A stretch of 64,000 bases of DNA from Eledone cirrhosa (taxonomy: Eukaryota): NCBI GenBank assembly GCA_964016885.1, contig OZ024755.1, positions 25,854,001 through 25,918,000 on the forward strand. Reading direction: 5' to 3'. The position numbers and the translations under genes are program-made. The notes beneath the pieces were generated by a model. It saw only the letters and a list, made by a program, of their open reading frames with translations. It had not been told where the DNA came from and did not search any database. Positions 1 through 12,700 of this stretch are shown in pieces (position 1 is the first letter of the stretch; each line of letters starts with the position of its first letter).

Positions 1-19
1 AAAGTAGAAACAATTATAT

Positions 20-345
20 TGGGCGGTGAATTGGCAGAATCGGTAGAGGGTCGGACGCCATGCTTTTCAGCATAGTTACGTCCCTTTACAGTCTGAGTTC
101 AAATCCCGTCGAGGTTAACTTTGCCTTTCATCCTTACGTAGTCGATAAAATAAAGTACCAGTAATACACTGGGTAATTGCTGGCCTTGTGCCAAAAGTAG
201 AAACAATTATATTATGGTGGATTGGCGGTATCAGTAGAGCATCAGACACCATGCTTTGCAGCATAAAGTTATGCCCTTTACAGTCTGAGTTCAAATCCTA
301 ACTTTGCCTTTCAACCTTACAGGGTTGATAAAATAAAGCACCAGT
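20..345 (+). mobile_element. Two tandem tRNA-derived SINEs (family 1)
   Basis: A-box-like tggcagaatcgg, B-box gagttcaaatcc, body gcctttcatcctt..gtcgataaaataaagtacc; many copies in the window. Confidence 0.8.
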
Positions 346-780
346 ATATATGTGCATGTGTATGTATGTGTGTGAATGTATGTGCATGTGTATATGTATT
401 TATGTGTATGTTTGTGTATGTATGTTTATGTGTATGTATGTGCATGTTGATTCTGTATCTATATGGATTAATCTACTTAAGTGTCTTTTTATATTAATTT
501 ATGCTCAACTAAGTGTGACTGTGTGTGAATATGTATGCATGTGTGTGAATATGTGTGCATGTGTGTACATGTATATTTAGTGAATTTATGTGTGCATATG
601 AGCGCTTGTGTGTACATGTGTGTGCATGAGTGCACGTGTATTTACTGAATGTATATGTGTGTACATGTATGTGTGAATGTGTATGCATATGTGTACATGC
701 GTGTGCATGTGAGTGCATGTGCATGTGTGTATGCATGTCTATTTAGTGAATGTATATGTGTGCATGTATGTACATGTAAT
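345..780. repeat. Degenerate (TG/TA)n microsatellite
   Basis: Low-complexity sequence; similar tract at 1895-2500. Confidence 0.9.
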
Positions 781-2127
781 AAATATATTTGCTGAGCACT
801 AGCAAGTTGCTGCCTAAGCAAGCAGTATAACTGGTTGCCATAGTAAAACAAATGAAAGTATTTATCAAAGTAAACGCTGCAATAAATAGAGATAATTTGT
901 TTTAATGAATCAAAACACAGAAAAGATATGTGGAGGCCATGAAAATATGGATGTTGTGTTGAGAGAGTAAATATAGTTAGTAATAACACTGTTTAACTAG
1001 TGTTCATTTATAGTGAAGTAGAGACTAGGTTATGTTCACATTAAACTGTTTGGTCAATCATACTAAACTGTGTGGTCACTCATCCTAAACTTGTGGTCAC
1101 TTACACTAAACTGCCTGGTCAATCACACTGAACTAGGAGTGCAGTATTGTTGCTAAGGACTTCCTGTGGTCAGTGGTACATTAAGGAGGTGAGAGTGCAT
1201 TACTGTATGGTAGCTAGGGACTCCACATTAAAAGGGGCAAAAATTAATATTTTTCTACTATATGTAATACTCTCTACTGGGTGGTAAATTGTCAGCTTGA
1301 TCCTTTCCTCTCTTTCATTAAGTACAGTTTCTTGAGGTAATTCTTAATAACTTCATCCCATGTCATCCTTGGTCTTCTTCTTCCATGAATTCCATTCACC
1401 ATCTTTACAACTTCATCCATCCTGTCTTCCTTGGTCTTCCTCTTCCATCCTCCTTCTTCACAACTTCATCACATATCTTTCCTCTCCCCAGGTCTTTGTT
1501 TACCCAATTTCACACACTAGGGATGTATAGACATGAGGTTATAGTAAAGACTCTAAACATGCTACATAGTGGAATTAAACCTATGATCTCATGATTTAAA
1601 GTGAATATCTTAACCACTCAGCTTTCTCTTCTTCCACAAATAACTTATACTATTCTAATGAAGTTAGCTGGCTGAATATCTTGTGTAGTTGTTGATTCTA
1701 TGTTTTATTCATAGTCGCTCAAGTATCCATTGTTCTGTTGCAGATATTCCATGTATTGTCCTGATCTTGGGACAACATACAAGTAAACCATTATTGGTTT
1801 GGAACACAAAACGAATCAATGACTTCTTACAAACAATTGGTTAGAAATGGATCTTTGATGAATGAGACTGGCATGGAGACATGTTGAAACTACTCTGTCT
1901 GAGTGAGTGTGTGCCTGTGTTTGTTTGTGTGTGTGTGCATGTCTGTTTGTCTGTGTGTGAGTGTGTGTGTCTGAGGTTGTTTGTGTGTATGTGTGCATCT
2001 GTCTGTCTATCTATCTGTGTGTGGATGTGTGTGTGCCTGTGTCTGTGTGGGGGTGTGTCTGTGTCTGTGTGTGTGTGTATGTCTGTCTGAGTATCTGTGT
2101 GTGTGTATGTCTGTCTGAGTATCTGTA

Positions 2128-2159
<32 letters not shown>

Positions 2160-2502
2160 TGTGTGTATGTATGTGTGTGTGTGTGTGTGTGTGTGTGCTT
2201 ATGTTTGGGCTTATATGTAGTTACCAGATATATACATATAATATGGTTTCGGTGTGGGAATTGTGTGATAAAAAGATGGACAGTGTTAATATGTGTATGT
2301 GTATGTGTATTAGCAGGTGTGTATGTGCGTGCATGTGTGTTAGCGTATGTGTGTTAGCGTGTGTGTGGTAGTGTGTGTGTGTTAGCATGTATATATGTAG
2401 ATATTTTTTGTTGAGAGGTGGGAACATGTGTTTAATTTCGAGAGGAAGGTGGATGTATGAACATGTGTTTATGTCTGTATATATGAGTCTATATGTGTGT
2501 GG

Positions 2503-5390
2503 TTGAACCCCTTAACCACAGCCATGTCTACACCTATGTTGTGAAGTGAACTTCTTAACCACGCGGCCATGTCTACACCTATGTTGTAAAGTGAACCCCT
2601 TAACCACACAGCCATGTCTAGACCTATGTTGTGAAGTGAACCCCTTAACCACAGCCATGTCTACACCTATGTTGTGAAGTGAACCCCTTAACCACAGCCA
2701 TGTCTACACCTATGTTGTAAAGTGAACCCCTTAACCACACAGCCATGTCTAGACCTATGTTGTGAAGTGAACCCCTTAACCACAGCCATGTCTACACCTA
2801 TGTTGTGAAGTGAACCCCTTAACCACAGCCATGTCTACACCTATGTTGTGAAGTGAACCCCTTAACCACAGCCATGTCTACACCTATGTTGTAAAGTGAA
2901 CCCCTTAACCACAGCCATGTCTACACATATGTTGTGAAGTAAACCCCTTAACCACAGCCATATCTACACCTATGTTGTGAAATGACCCCCTTAACAACAC
3001 AGCCATGTCTACACCTATGTTGTGAAGTGAACCCCTTAACCACAGCCATGTCTACACCTATGTTGTGAAGTAAACCCCTTAACCACGGCCATGTCTACAC
3101 CTATGTTGTGAAGTGAACCCCTTAACCACAGCCATGTCTACACCTATGTTGTGAAGTGAACCCCTTAACCACGGCCATGTCTACACCTATGTTGTGAAGT
3201 GAACCCCTTAACCACAGCCATGTCTACACCTATGTTGTGAAGTGAACCCCTTAACCACGGCCATGTCTACACCTATGTTGTGAAGTGAACCCCTTAACCA
3301 CGGCCATGTCTACACCTATGTTGTGAAGTGAACCCCTTAACCACAGCCATGTCTACACCTATGTTGTGAAGTGAACCCCTTAACCACAGCCATGTCAACA
3401 CCTATGTTGTGAAGTGAACCCCTTAACCACGGCCATGTCTACACCTATGTTGTGAAGTGAACCCCTTAACCACACAGCCATGTCTACACCTATGTTGTGA
3501 AGTGAACCCCTTAACCACAGCCATGTCTACACCTATGTTGTGAAGTGAACCCCTTAACCACAGCCATGTCTACACCTATGTTGTGAAGTGAACCCCTTAA
3601 CCACAGCCATGTCTACACCTATGTTGTGAAGTGAACCCCTTAACCACAGCCATGTCTACACCTATGTTGTGAAGTGAACCCCTTAACCACACAGCCATGT
3701 CTACACCTATGTTGTGAAGTGAACCCCTTAACCACAGCCATGTCTACACCTATGTTGTGAAGTGAACCCCTTAACCACAGCCATGTCTACACCTAAGTTG
3801 TGAAGTGAACTCCTTAACCACACAGCCATGTCTACACCTATGTTGTGAAGTGAACTCCTTAACCACAGCCATGTCTACACCTATGTTGTGAAGTGAACCC
3901 CTTAACCACACAGCCATGTCTACACCTATGTTGTGAAGTGAACCCCTTAACCACAGCCATGTCTACACCTATGTTGTGAAGTGAACCCCTTAACCACACA
4001 GCCATGTCTACACCTATGTTGTGAAGTGAACCCCTTAACCACAGCCATGTCTACACCTATGTTGTGAAGTGAACCCCTTAACCACACAGCCATGTCTACA
4101 CCTATGTTGTGAAGTGAACCCCTTAACCACAGCCATGTCTACACCTATGTTGTGAAGTGAACTCCTTAACCACACCCATGTCTACACCTATGTTGTGAAG
4201 TGAACCCCTTAACCACAGCCATGTCTACACCTATGTTGTGAAGTGAACCCCTTAACCACAGCCATGTCTACACCTATGTTGTGAAGTGAACCCCTTAACC
4301 ACAGCCATGTCTACACCTATGTTGTGAAGTGAACTTCTTAACCACAGCCATGTCTACACCTATGTTGTGAAGTGAACCCCTTAACCACAGCCATGTCTAC
4401 ACCTATGTTGTGAAGTGAACCCCTTAACCACAGCCATGTCTACACCTATGTTGTGAAGTGAACCCCTTAACCACAGCCATGTCTACACCTATGTTGTGAA
4501 GTGAACCCCTTAACCACAGCCATGTCTACACCTATGTTGTGAAGTGAACCCCTTAACCACAGCCATGTCTACACCTATGTTGTGAAGTGAACTCCTTAAC
4601 CACAGCCATGTCTACACCTATGTTGTGAAGTGAACCCCTTAACCACAGCCATGTCTACACCTATGTTGTAAAGTGAACCCCTTAACCACACAGCCATGTC
4701 TACACCTATGTTGTAAAGTGAACCCCTTAACCACACAGCCATGTCTACACCTATGTTGTAAAGTGAACCCCTTAACCACACAGCCATGTCTACACCTATG
4801 TTGTAAAGTGAACCCCTTAACCACACAGCCATGTCTACACCTATGTTGTGAAGTGAACCCCTTAACCACAGCCATGTCTACACCTATGTTGTGAAGTGAA
4901 CCCCTTAACCACAGCCATGTCTACACTTATGTTGTGAAGTGAACTCCTTAACCACAGCCATGTCTACACCTATGTTGTGAAGTGAACTCCTTAACCACAG
5001 CCATGTCTACACCTATGTTGTGAAGTGAACTCCTTAACCACAGCCATGTCTACACCTATGTTGTGAAGTGAACCCCTTAACCACACAGCCATGTCTACAC
5101 CTATGTTGTGAAATGAAGCCCTTAACCACAGCCATGTCTACACCTATGTTGTGAAATGACCCCCTTAACAACACAGCCATGTCTACACCTATGTTGTGAA
5201 GTGAACCCCTTAACCACAGCCATGTCTACACCTATGTTGTGAAGTGAACTCCTTAACCACAGCCATGTCTACACCTATGTTGTGAAGTGAACTCCTTAAC
5301 CACGCAGCCATGTCTACACCTATGTTGTGAAGTGAACTCCTTAACCACGCAGCCATGTCTACACCTATGTTGTGAAATGAACTCCTTAAC
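2503..5390. repeat. 43/45-bp satellite array (AACCCCTTAACCACAGCCATGTCTACACCTATGTTGTGAAGTG), about 66 units
   Basis: Directly visible tandem repeat; a final unit or two at 5768-5826. Confidence 0.97.
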
Positions 5391-5767
5391 ATTATTCCAT
5401 TCCGGTGTCTTGCCCAGAGAAGTAGGGGAAAATCAATAATGTTATACCGTGTGGTAAATTAGGACAATGGGATTGATGAGTTAATATCTGTATACAACAA
5501 CTACAACGGTACGCGATGGGGGCCACCCACAGCCCCGGCGGATAGAATGGAGAAGGCGTTTCCCCGGAGGACGGCAAGGGAGACGCGCTGGAAAAGCCAC
5601 TCCAACTCGCGGGGCTCACACCTGCGACTGGCCAACTCAGCGCCTATGGTGGTGAGTAAGGAGGTAGCCCTGGGCCCAAGGACTCCAGAAGTCTCCACTG
5701 CCAAGGGTACGACCGCAAACCTGTCTGAGAGCGACCGGTATTTGAGGAGTTTGGCCCCGTCAGCCCG
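5391..5767 (-). mobile_element. 5'-truncated non-LTR retrotransposon 3' end with restriction-like endonuclease (CRE-like clade)
   Basis: GC-rich insert translating KLLKY..FAVVPLAVETSGVLGP..LFQRVSLAVLRGNA, followed by a 3'UTR; absent from the unit B satellite. Confidence 0.8.
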
Positions 5768-6599
5768 CATGTCTACACCTATGTTGTGAAGTGAACACCT
5801 TGACCACATAGTCATGCCTGCACCTGTATAATAATTACATATCTTACATATTGAATTGTTTGTAATCATGCTACATGGAGATCATAATCATTGTTTATTG
5901 ATCTAGCATGCTGATTGTATAGGAAGATATTGGTTTATCTTAAACATTATCTCTTTCATTTCCGCTGCTATTTTACCATTCATTAAGAATTGGACACTAA
6001 ATTCTCTTCCATCAACTGCCATCATCATCATCATCATCGTCATCATCATCATCCTTATCGTTGTCATCATCATCATCATAGTCATCATCATGGTCATCAC
6101 CATCACATTACATCACCACCATCATCATCATCATCCTCATTATTATGGAAGGGAAGGGGGAAGTCTCATGGTTTAATTAATGAGGAATTCTAAATTTCCT
6201 CATTTGAGAGAGTTTCATTGTGAATCAATGTAGAATAGTGGGGGGTGGGATCTTTAGGGTGAGGGACACACTTAAAGTGGTGGGGTTGGGGGATTGGAAG
6301 AGGGGGGCGCTTGAGGGATAGGGCTAGGGACTTGGAGGAGAGGGTTGGGGGCTTTAGGATGAGGGAGAGGGATTTGAAGAGGAGGGGGGACTTGAAGGGA
6401 GTGGGGACTCGAAAGGATGGTAGGGACTTGAAGGGGATGGGGATTTGAAGGCAAGGGGAGTAGAACATGAAGGGGGAGGATGGAGGACACCGATCAAAAT
6501 AAAACAAGAATGTTTCTGCTTAATCCAACAACTTTCAGTTTTGTAAATTTTATTTCCTGTAATGAAGTATTTTAATATTTGGTAGAATATTGAGGCGAA

Positions 6600-6729
6600 A
6601 TGTCTAGGATGGAAGAGACAGCTATCAATGTCATAAAACGTGCAATTACTCTCGACAAGGAGAAGCATTTTGAACAATCCGTGGTTTGTTATGAAGAAGG
6701 AATTGGTCTCTTGCTAACAGCTATGAAAA
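6600..6729 (+). CDS. MITD1: MITD1-A coding exon 1 ([43 protein letters not shown])
   Basis: ATG at 6600, donor gtaagt at 6730; possible upstream acceptor ggtag at 6581-6585. Confidence 0.9.
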
Positions 6730-9700
6730 GTAAGTTTTACATGTGTCTGTCTCTTATTCTGCTTCCCTTGCTATTTTAAACAACGGCAGTATATATAATA
6801 ACAATAAACACTTATCTGGTGCCAACGAAGTTTGTTTAACGAAGAATGAATAAGACTCCTTTACCCTCTGTAACACTAGAAATAATATAATAATTATATA
6901 TAAGAATAATCTATTCTATACTATAATAATTGTTTCTACTTTTGGCACAAGGTAAGCAATTACCCAGTACATTACTGGTACTTTATCAACCCCCGTAAGG
7001 ATGAAAGGCAAAGTTGACCTCGGCGGGATTTTAACTCAGAATGGAAAGGGCCGTAACTCTATGCGTCAAAGCATGACGTCCGACCTTCTACCGATACTGC
7101 CAATCCACCGCCCTTCTATAATGTTTCTGACTTAGGCACAAGGCCAACAATATATATATATAATGGAGGCACATGGCTTAGTGGTTAGTGCATTGGGCTT
7201 GCAATCGAAAGGTTGTGAGTTCAATTCTCAGACGGGTGATGTGTTGTTTCCTTGAGCAAAAGACACCTTATTTCACATTGCTCCAGTTTACTCAGCTGTA
7301 GAAATGAGATGATAGGGACTGGGGTCCATATCATTCCACTGTAAAGTGATCGTGGAGGTGCCACGGCAAAAAAGCACCCAGCACTCACTGTAAATGAGGT
7401 TGGTGTTAGGAAGGGCATCCAGCTGTAGAAATCAAGCCAGAATCAGTTCCCGTCCCACCCTTGCAAGCAGGGAAAAGCGGACGTAAAATGATGATGATGA
7501 TATATATCATCATCATCATCATTTTACATCCGCTGATTCTGGCTTGATTTCTACAGCTGGATGCCCTTCCTAACACCAACCTCATTTACAGTGAGTGCTG
7601 GGTGCTTTTTTTTTTTTGTCGTGGCACCTCCACGACCACTTTGCAGTGGAATGATAAGGACCCCAGTCCCTATCATCTCATTTCTACAGCTGAGTAAACT
7701 GGAGCAATGTGAAATAAAGTGTCTTGCTCAAGGAAACAACACATCACCCGGTCTGAGAATTGAACTCACAACCTTTCGATTGCAAGCCCAATGCACTAAC
7801 CACTAAGCCATGTGCCTCTATATATATATAGGTAGAAGTGGTAACACAACAGTTAGTTCACCATACCAAGAACAATTGTTTCACCTTACTGGATCTTCAG
7901 CTCATAATGGTCATGGTGATACGGAACAGGAAGAACAACTGTATGAACGTATGAATGCGCATACGCAGAAACGGTCTCTTCACCCAAGCAATACATACGT
8001 TCATATGGTTGTTCTTCCTAACCATTATGAGCTGAAGATCCGCTAAGGTGAAACAATTGTTCTCGGTATGGTGAACTAACTGTTGTGTTACCACTTCTAC
8101 CTAACTCGTCCCATGGACTGAGTGCTCTATCACTACGGATATTACCTCCCAGTGTTCTACCTCTATCATCATCATCATCATTTTACGTCTGCTCTTCTCT
8201 GCTCGCAAGGGTGGGACGGGTCTTATTCAGCACAGCATCTCTCCACTCGTCACGGTCCTTCGTCATCTCCACCGTGAGCTTCAACGATCTGAGGTCTGTT
8301 CTCACCACCTCCGCCCATGTTTTTTGTGGTCTACCTCTAACACATCTTCCTTCAACTGGCATTTCCTGGCACCTCTTCAACCATCGGTCATCCTCCATGC
8401 GCATCACATGTCCATACCACCTCAGTCTCCTCTCCCGTACACTACATTCTATCCCTCTCAGACACAGTTTCTCTCTCAACACATTCATGCTGGGTCGTTC
8501 ATGCACATTGACATTGCACATCCAACGGAGCATACTTGCCTCAATTCTCTCCAGCCGTCACATATCCTCTGCAGTTGCTGCCCATGTCTCACTACCATGC
8601 AGCATCGCACTCCTCACACAGGCATCATACAACCGGCCTTTCATACGCAGGGAGAAACCCTTCTTCGTCAGCAGAGGAAGCAGCTCCCTAAACTTCTTCC
8701 AACCCGTCCTTATTCTAGATACTATGGCTTCGGAACACCCTCCTCCCATGTTAATCTGATCTCCTAGGGACCAGAAGCTCTCCACTACTTCTATAGCACC
8801 CTCCTGCATTTGAAAAATGTGTCTATCAATGCAACTTTTACTGTCTAATTTCCCTGTACATCTACTGCATACATATTTCTCCCTACCTGTTAGTTTGCCT
8901 GCTACCCCGCTACATCTCTTGTGTACCCAGGATCTGCATTGTGTGCATTTTATAGAATTTATGCCAGTTCCTTTTCTGCATATCGAACATGACCATTTCC
9001 CTGACGGAATCAGAGTTTTGTCCTCTTTTCTACTCATCAACACTTTTGTCTTAGCTAGGTTCACTCTCAGTCCTCTTGCTTCCAACTGCTGTTTCCATAG
9101 CCAGAATTTATTCTCTAGCTCCTCTACTGATTCTGCTATAAGAACCAGATCGTCAGCATAGAGAAGTTCCCATGGACAGCCAGTCTTAAACTCATCTGTT
9201 ATGGCTTGGAGGACTATAATGAACAAGAGTGGGCTGAGGACCGAACCTTGATGTACTCCTACTTGTATCTGGAATTCTTCACTAAACTCCATTCCTACCC
9301 TGACTTTACTGAGAGTACCTCTGTACAAAGTTTGCACTGTCCTAACAAGCCATTCCTCAACACCTAGTTTCCTTAGGGACCACCAGATGACAGATCAGGG
9401 TACCCTATCAAAGGCCTTCTCTGGGTCAACAAAGGCTAAGTATTGTGGCTTATTTTTCTCTAAGAACCTCTCTTGCAATTGTCTCACCAAGAAGAGGGCA
9501 TCTGTTGTACTCTTCCCAGGCACAAAACCAAACTGCATCTCATCTAGTTTGACCCTTTCTCTAATTAGTTGTGCTAATATCCTTTCTGCCACTTTCATAA
9601 CCTGATCCATCATATATATATGCTAACCTTGGTGGGATTTGAGTTCAGAACGTAAAGAGCCATAACTCTATGCTGCTGAGCATGTTGTTGGACACTCTAC

Positions 9701-12700
9701 CGATTACTGCCAATCCACTGCCCTAACTCTATACTCTAATAATAATAATTGTTTCTACTTTTGGCACAAAACCAGCCATTACCCAGTGCATTACTGGTAC
9801 TTTAATTTATCGACCCCGTAAGGCTGAAAAGCAAAGTTAACCTCAGTGGGATTTGAATTCAGAACGCAAAGGGCCATAACTCCATGCTGAAAAGCATGGT
9901 GTCTGACGCTCTACCGATACTGTCAATCTAAATAATAATTGTTTATACTTTTGGCATAAGGCCAGCAATTACCCAGTGCATTACTGGTACTCTGTTGACC
10001 CCGTCAATAATTATAATAGCTAATGTGTGTTTATTTATATATTTGTCTGTAGGGCAAGATACATAGACAATAGAATTAAAAACACACACATACATATACT
10101 TAAACAGACTCATTAGACAAAATAATTATTCCATACACATACATGTATGTGATGACTGAAGAAAGGAATGGTGACAAACTATAGAAAACAGTGACTTGTG
10201 TGAGTACATGAGTAGCGAAATGGCTACACACATTGGCTATTATTATTGTGTGGGTGTTTGTTGCAGGAGACCCAAGGGTAGACCCCAAGCAAGATGGTTG
10301 GATAACATCCATGAGCTTGGCTGGTCTCATTTGGGGATCCAGCCAGATCAGTTGGAGGCGGTTGCTTCTGACAGGGCCTGCTGGAAGGTGTGTTTGAGGA
10401 CTCTTCCCCACGATCCTCCCATCCTTCTAGGAATATGTGGGAGAAGAAGAAAAGTGTTTGTGTATTTATATCACTTGTGTCATTTTTGACGGCACATGGT
10501 CACCTACTAACTAAAATGTAATGTCTGAAGAAAAGAAAATACAGAGTTTTTCTTTGTTGTTGGTGTGTGTGTTTCTTCCCTTCAACATATAGACAATGCA
10601 ACACAGACTTAAAAAAAAAAAGACTTTCATTATTTTGACAGGTTGTTATTGAGAGAGAAATACAGTGAGAGAGAGGGAGACAGTGCATCCGTGTGTGAAA
10701 GATAGATACGTGGCACAGGGTCCTCATGCACGCTGTCCAGCGGGTCAGGTCATCCTGTCAGAAGCAACCATTTCCCCAAGTGAAGCCAGCCAAGCTCATG
10801 GATGTTATTCAACCATGTTAGTCAGGGTCTCCTGCCTGTTGGTTTTGCCCATAAAAATCTGTCCAGCAATTCTTTCCTGAGAGATTTTAGCCATATTATT
10901 GTGATTCACATGTGTCCTATATATTCTCTTTTGTAATTTACGTTGTTATAACTTTTGTTAACTCTTTAAGTGAAAGCTACATAATTATTGAAATATCAGA
11001 TGATGCTCATGGTGAAGGTGCTTGGCTAATCCAGCACCTTAGCCTCGCTATCACATGGTCTTACAGAAATATCAAGTGATGCTCCTGGTGAAGGTGCTTG
11101 GCTATTCCAGCACGTTAGCCTCGCTATCACCTGGTCTTACTGAAATATCAGATGATGCTCCTGGTGAGCGTGCTTAGCTATTCCAGCACCTTGGCCACAC
11201 TATGACTTGTGGTTATGCCATGTCTTGGCTTACCTCAAAAATATTTAGAAGGCAACACCATCATTCCCTGTTGTGTGTAATTAAGGGACCCACTATTACC
11301 TATGGTAATGCTGTGAGTGTCTTGGCATGACACATTTTTAGAAGGCCACACCAACATTCCCAGCTGTAGCATGTAATTAGGGCACCTACTCTCATCTCAG
11401 GTAATCCTGTGTCTTCACTTTCCTCAAACAATTTTTAGAGGGCCACACCATGGTGGTGATGGTAATGATGATGATGATGGTGGTGGTGATGATCATGATG
11501 TTGATGCTGATGATGATAATAGTGGTGATGATGGTTACCCCACTCACCAAATACAGTTTCCATGAACATTTCCTCCTCCCCTTTGTCAGTTGTAAGAAGT
11601 TATATTTGTTATGTTGCAGCGTTCAGTGACAAGACAAAGAAGGATAAGTACCGTGAGAAGATCATTGAGTACATGACCAGAGCAGAAACACTGAAGAAAA
11701 TTACAAAGAAATTAAAAGAAGGTATTGACTTTTTATCTGCAGGGATGGGGATTGAGCATTTGTCACTCTTAACATCTATACCACATGAAACTACATTAGC
11801 AAGACATTCTTGAAAAGTATAAAACAACACTATGGCTTACATTAAAGTCTTTATTTTAGTTTATTGCAAATTTTCACAACAATTTGTCCATTACTAAAGA
11901 TTCTATAAATAATTGCATTAACCAATCTCGGTTGTTGTTTTTTTTTAGATAATTATGGCTAAATCATTACAGGATGTTAAGAGTTAATAACAAATGGTAG
12001 ATGGTAAGGGTGTATTATTATAGTTGTGAAGCAAATTTCTTAACCATCCAACCATGCCTGCACCTATCTCTCTCCCTGAAACATATACACAGACTCCTTC
12101 TCTCAGACACTCACATTCACTTACTCACATATACACTCACATACATACTGACAATCCTACATTGATATCTTGTTATTCACCATACAGCCGAGAAATTCAA
12201 CAAAGTTATCCAGATTGAAGAGAACTCAATTGGTCATGACTACAGTAGAATATTTAGTAATTTACTGGACATTACCTTAACTGAGGTCGAAGTTGATGAT
12301 CCCTATATCCGCGAGAACCACCAGGTAATATATTTATATTCTATCACATCAGTTTTTATTAAGGAAATTAGAGAATGGCTACCGTTATTCACTGGCACCT
12401 TTAGGTTTCATTATGGGTATATATATATGTAAACGGGTAAAGGGTAAAGACCTCCTTCGGTCACGAGTCTGAGGCACAAGTCCAGGAAAGGTTGTTTATG
12501 GAAGACCAGCAGTCGCCCATGCGTACTAGCTTCCCCTCTTCACACCACATGTTGTCGTAGGGAAAGGCAATGGCCAATACAGCTTGGCAACTGAGACGTC
12601 GCGACTGGAGCAACGTGAAATAAAGTGTCTCGCTCAAGGACACAATGCATCACTCAGTTCAAGAATTGAACTCACAACCTCCTGATTGCAAGCCCAATGC

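Noticed and set aside
20-120. tRNA gene
   Set aside because: A and B boxes are present but no cloverleaf; it continues into a SINE body
350-2427. Cys/Val/His/Thr-rich ORFs
   Set aside because: Translations of (TG)n and (TA)n microsatellites; the same applies at 24570-25840 and 54457-54959
2503-5390. CRISPR-like array of regular repeats
   Set aside because: Units are contiguous with no unique spacers, there are no cas genes, and the context is eukaryotic; it is a satellite
4596-5392. Repeat-peptide ORFs (MAVWLRGSLYNIGVD)n
   Set aside because: Chance open frames in 45-bp satellite variants
5903-6193. Poly-His and poly-Met ORFs
   Set aside because: (CAT)n microsatellite; likewise 31992-32276 and the tails of ORFs 61089 and 61881
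8085-8767. 224-aa and 147-aa + strand ORFs
   Set aside because: Antisense shadows of the RTE reverse transcriptase
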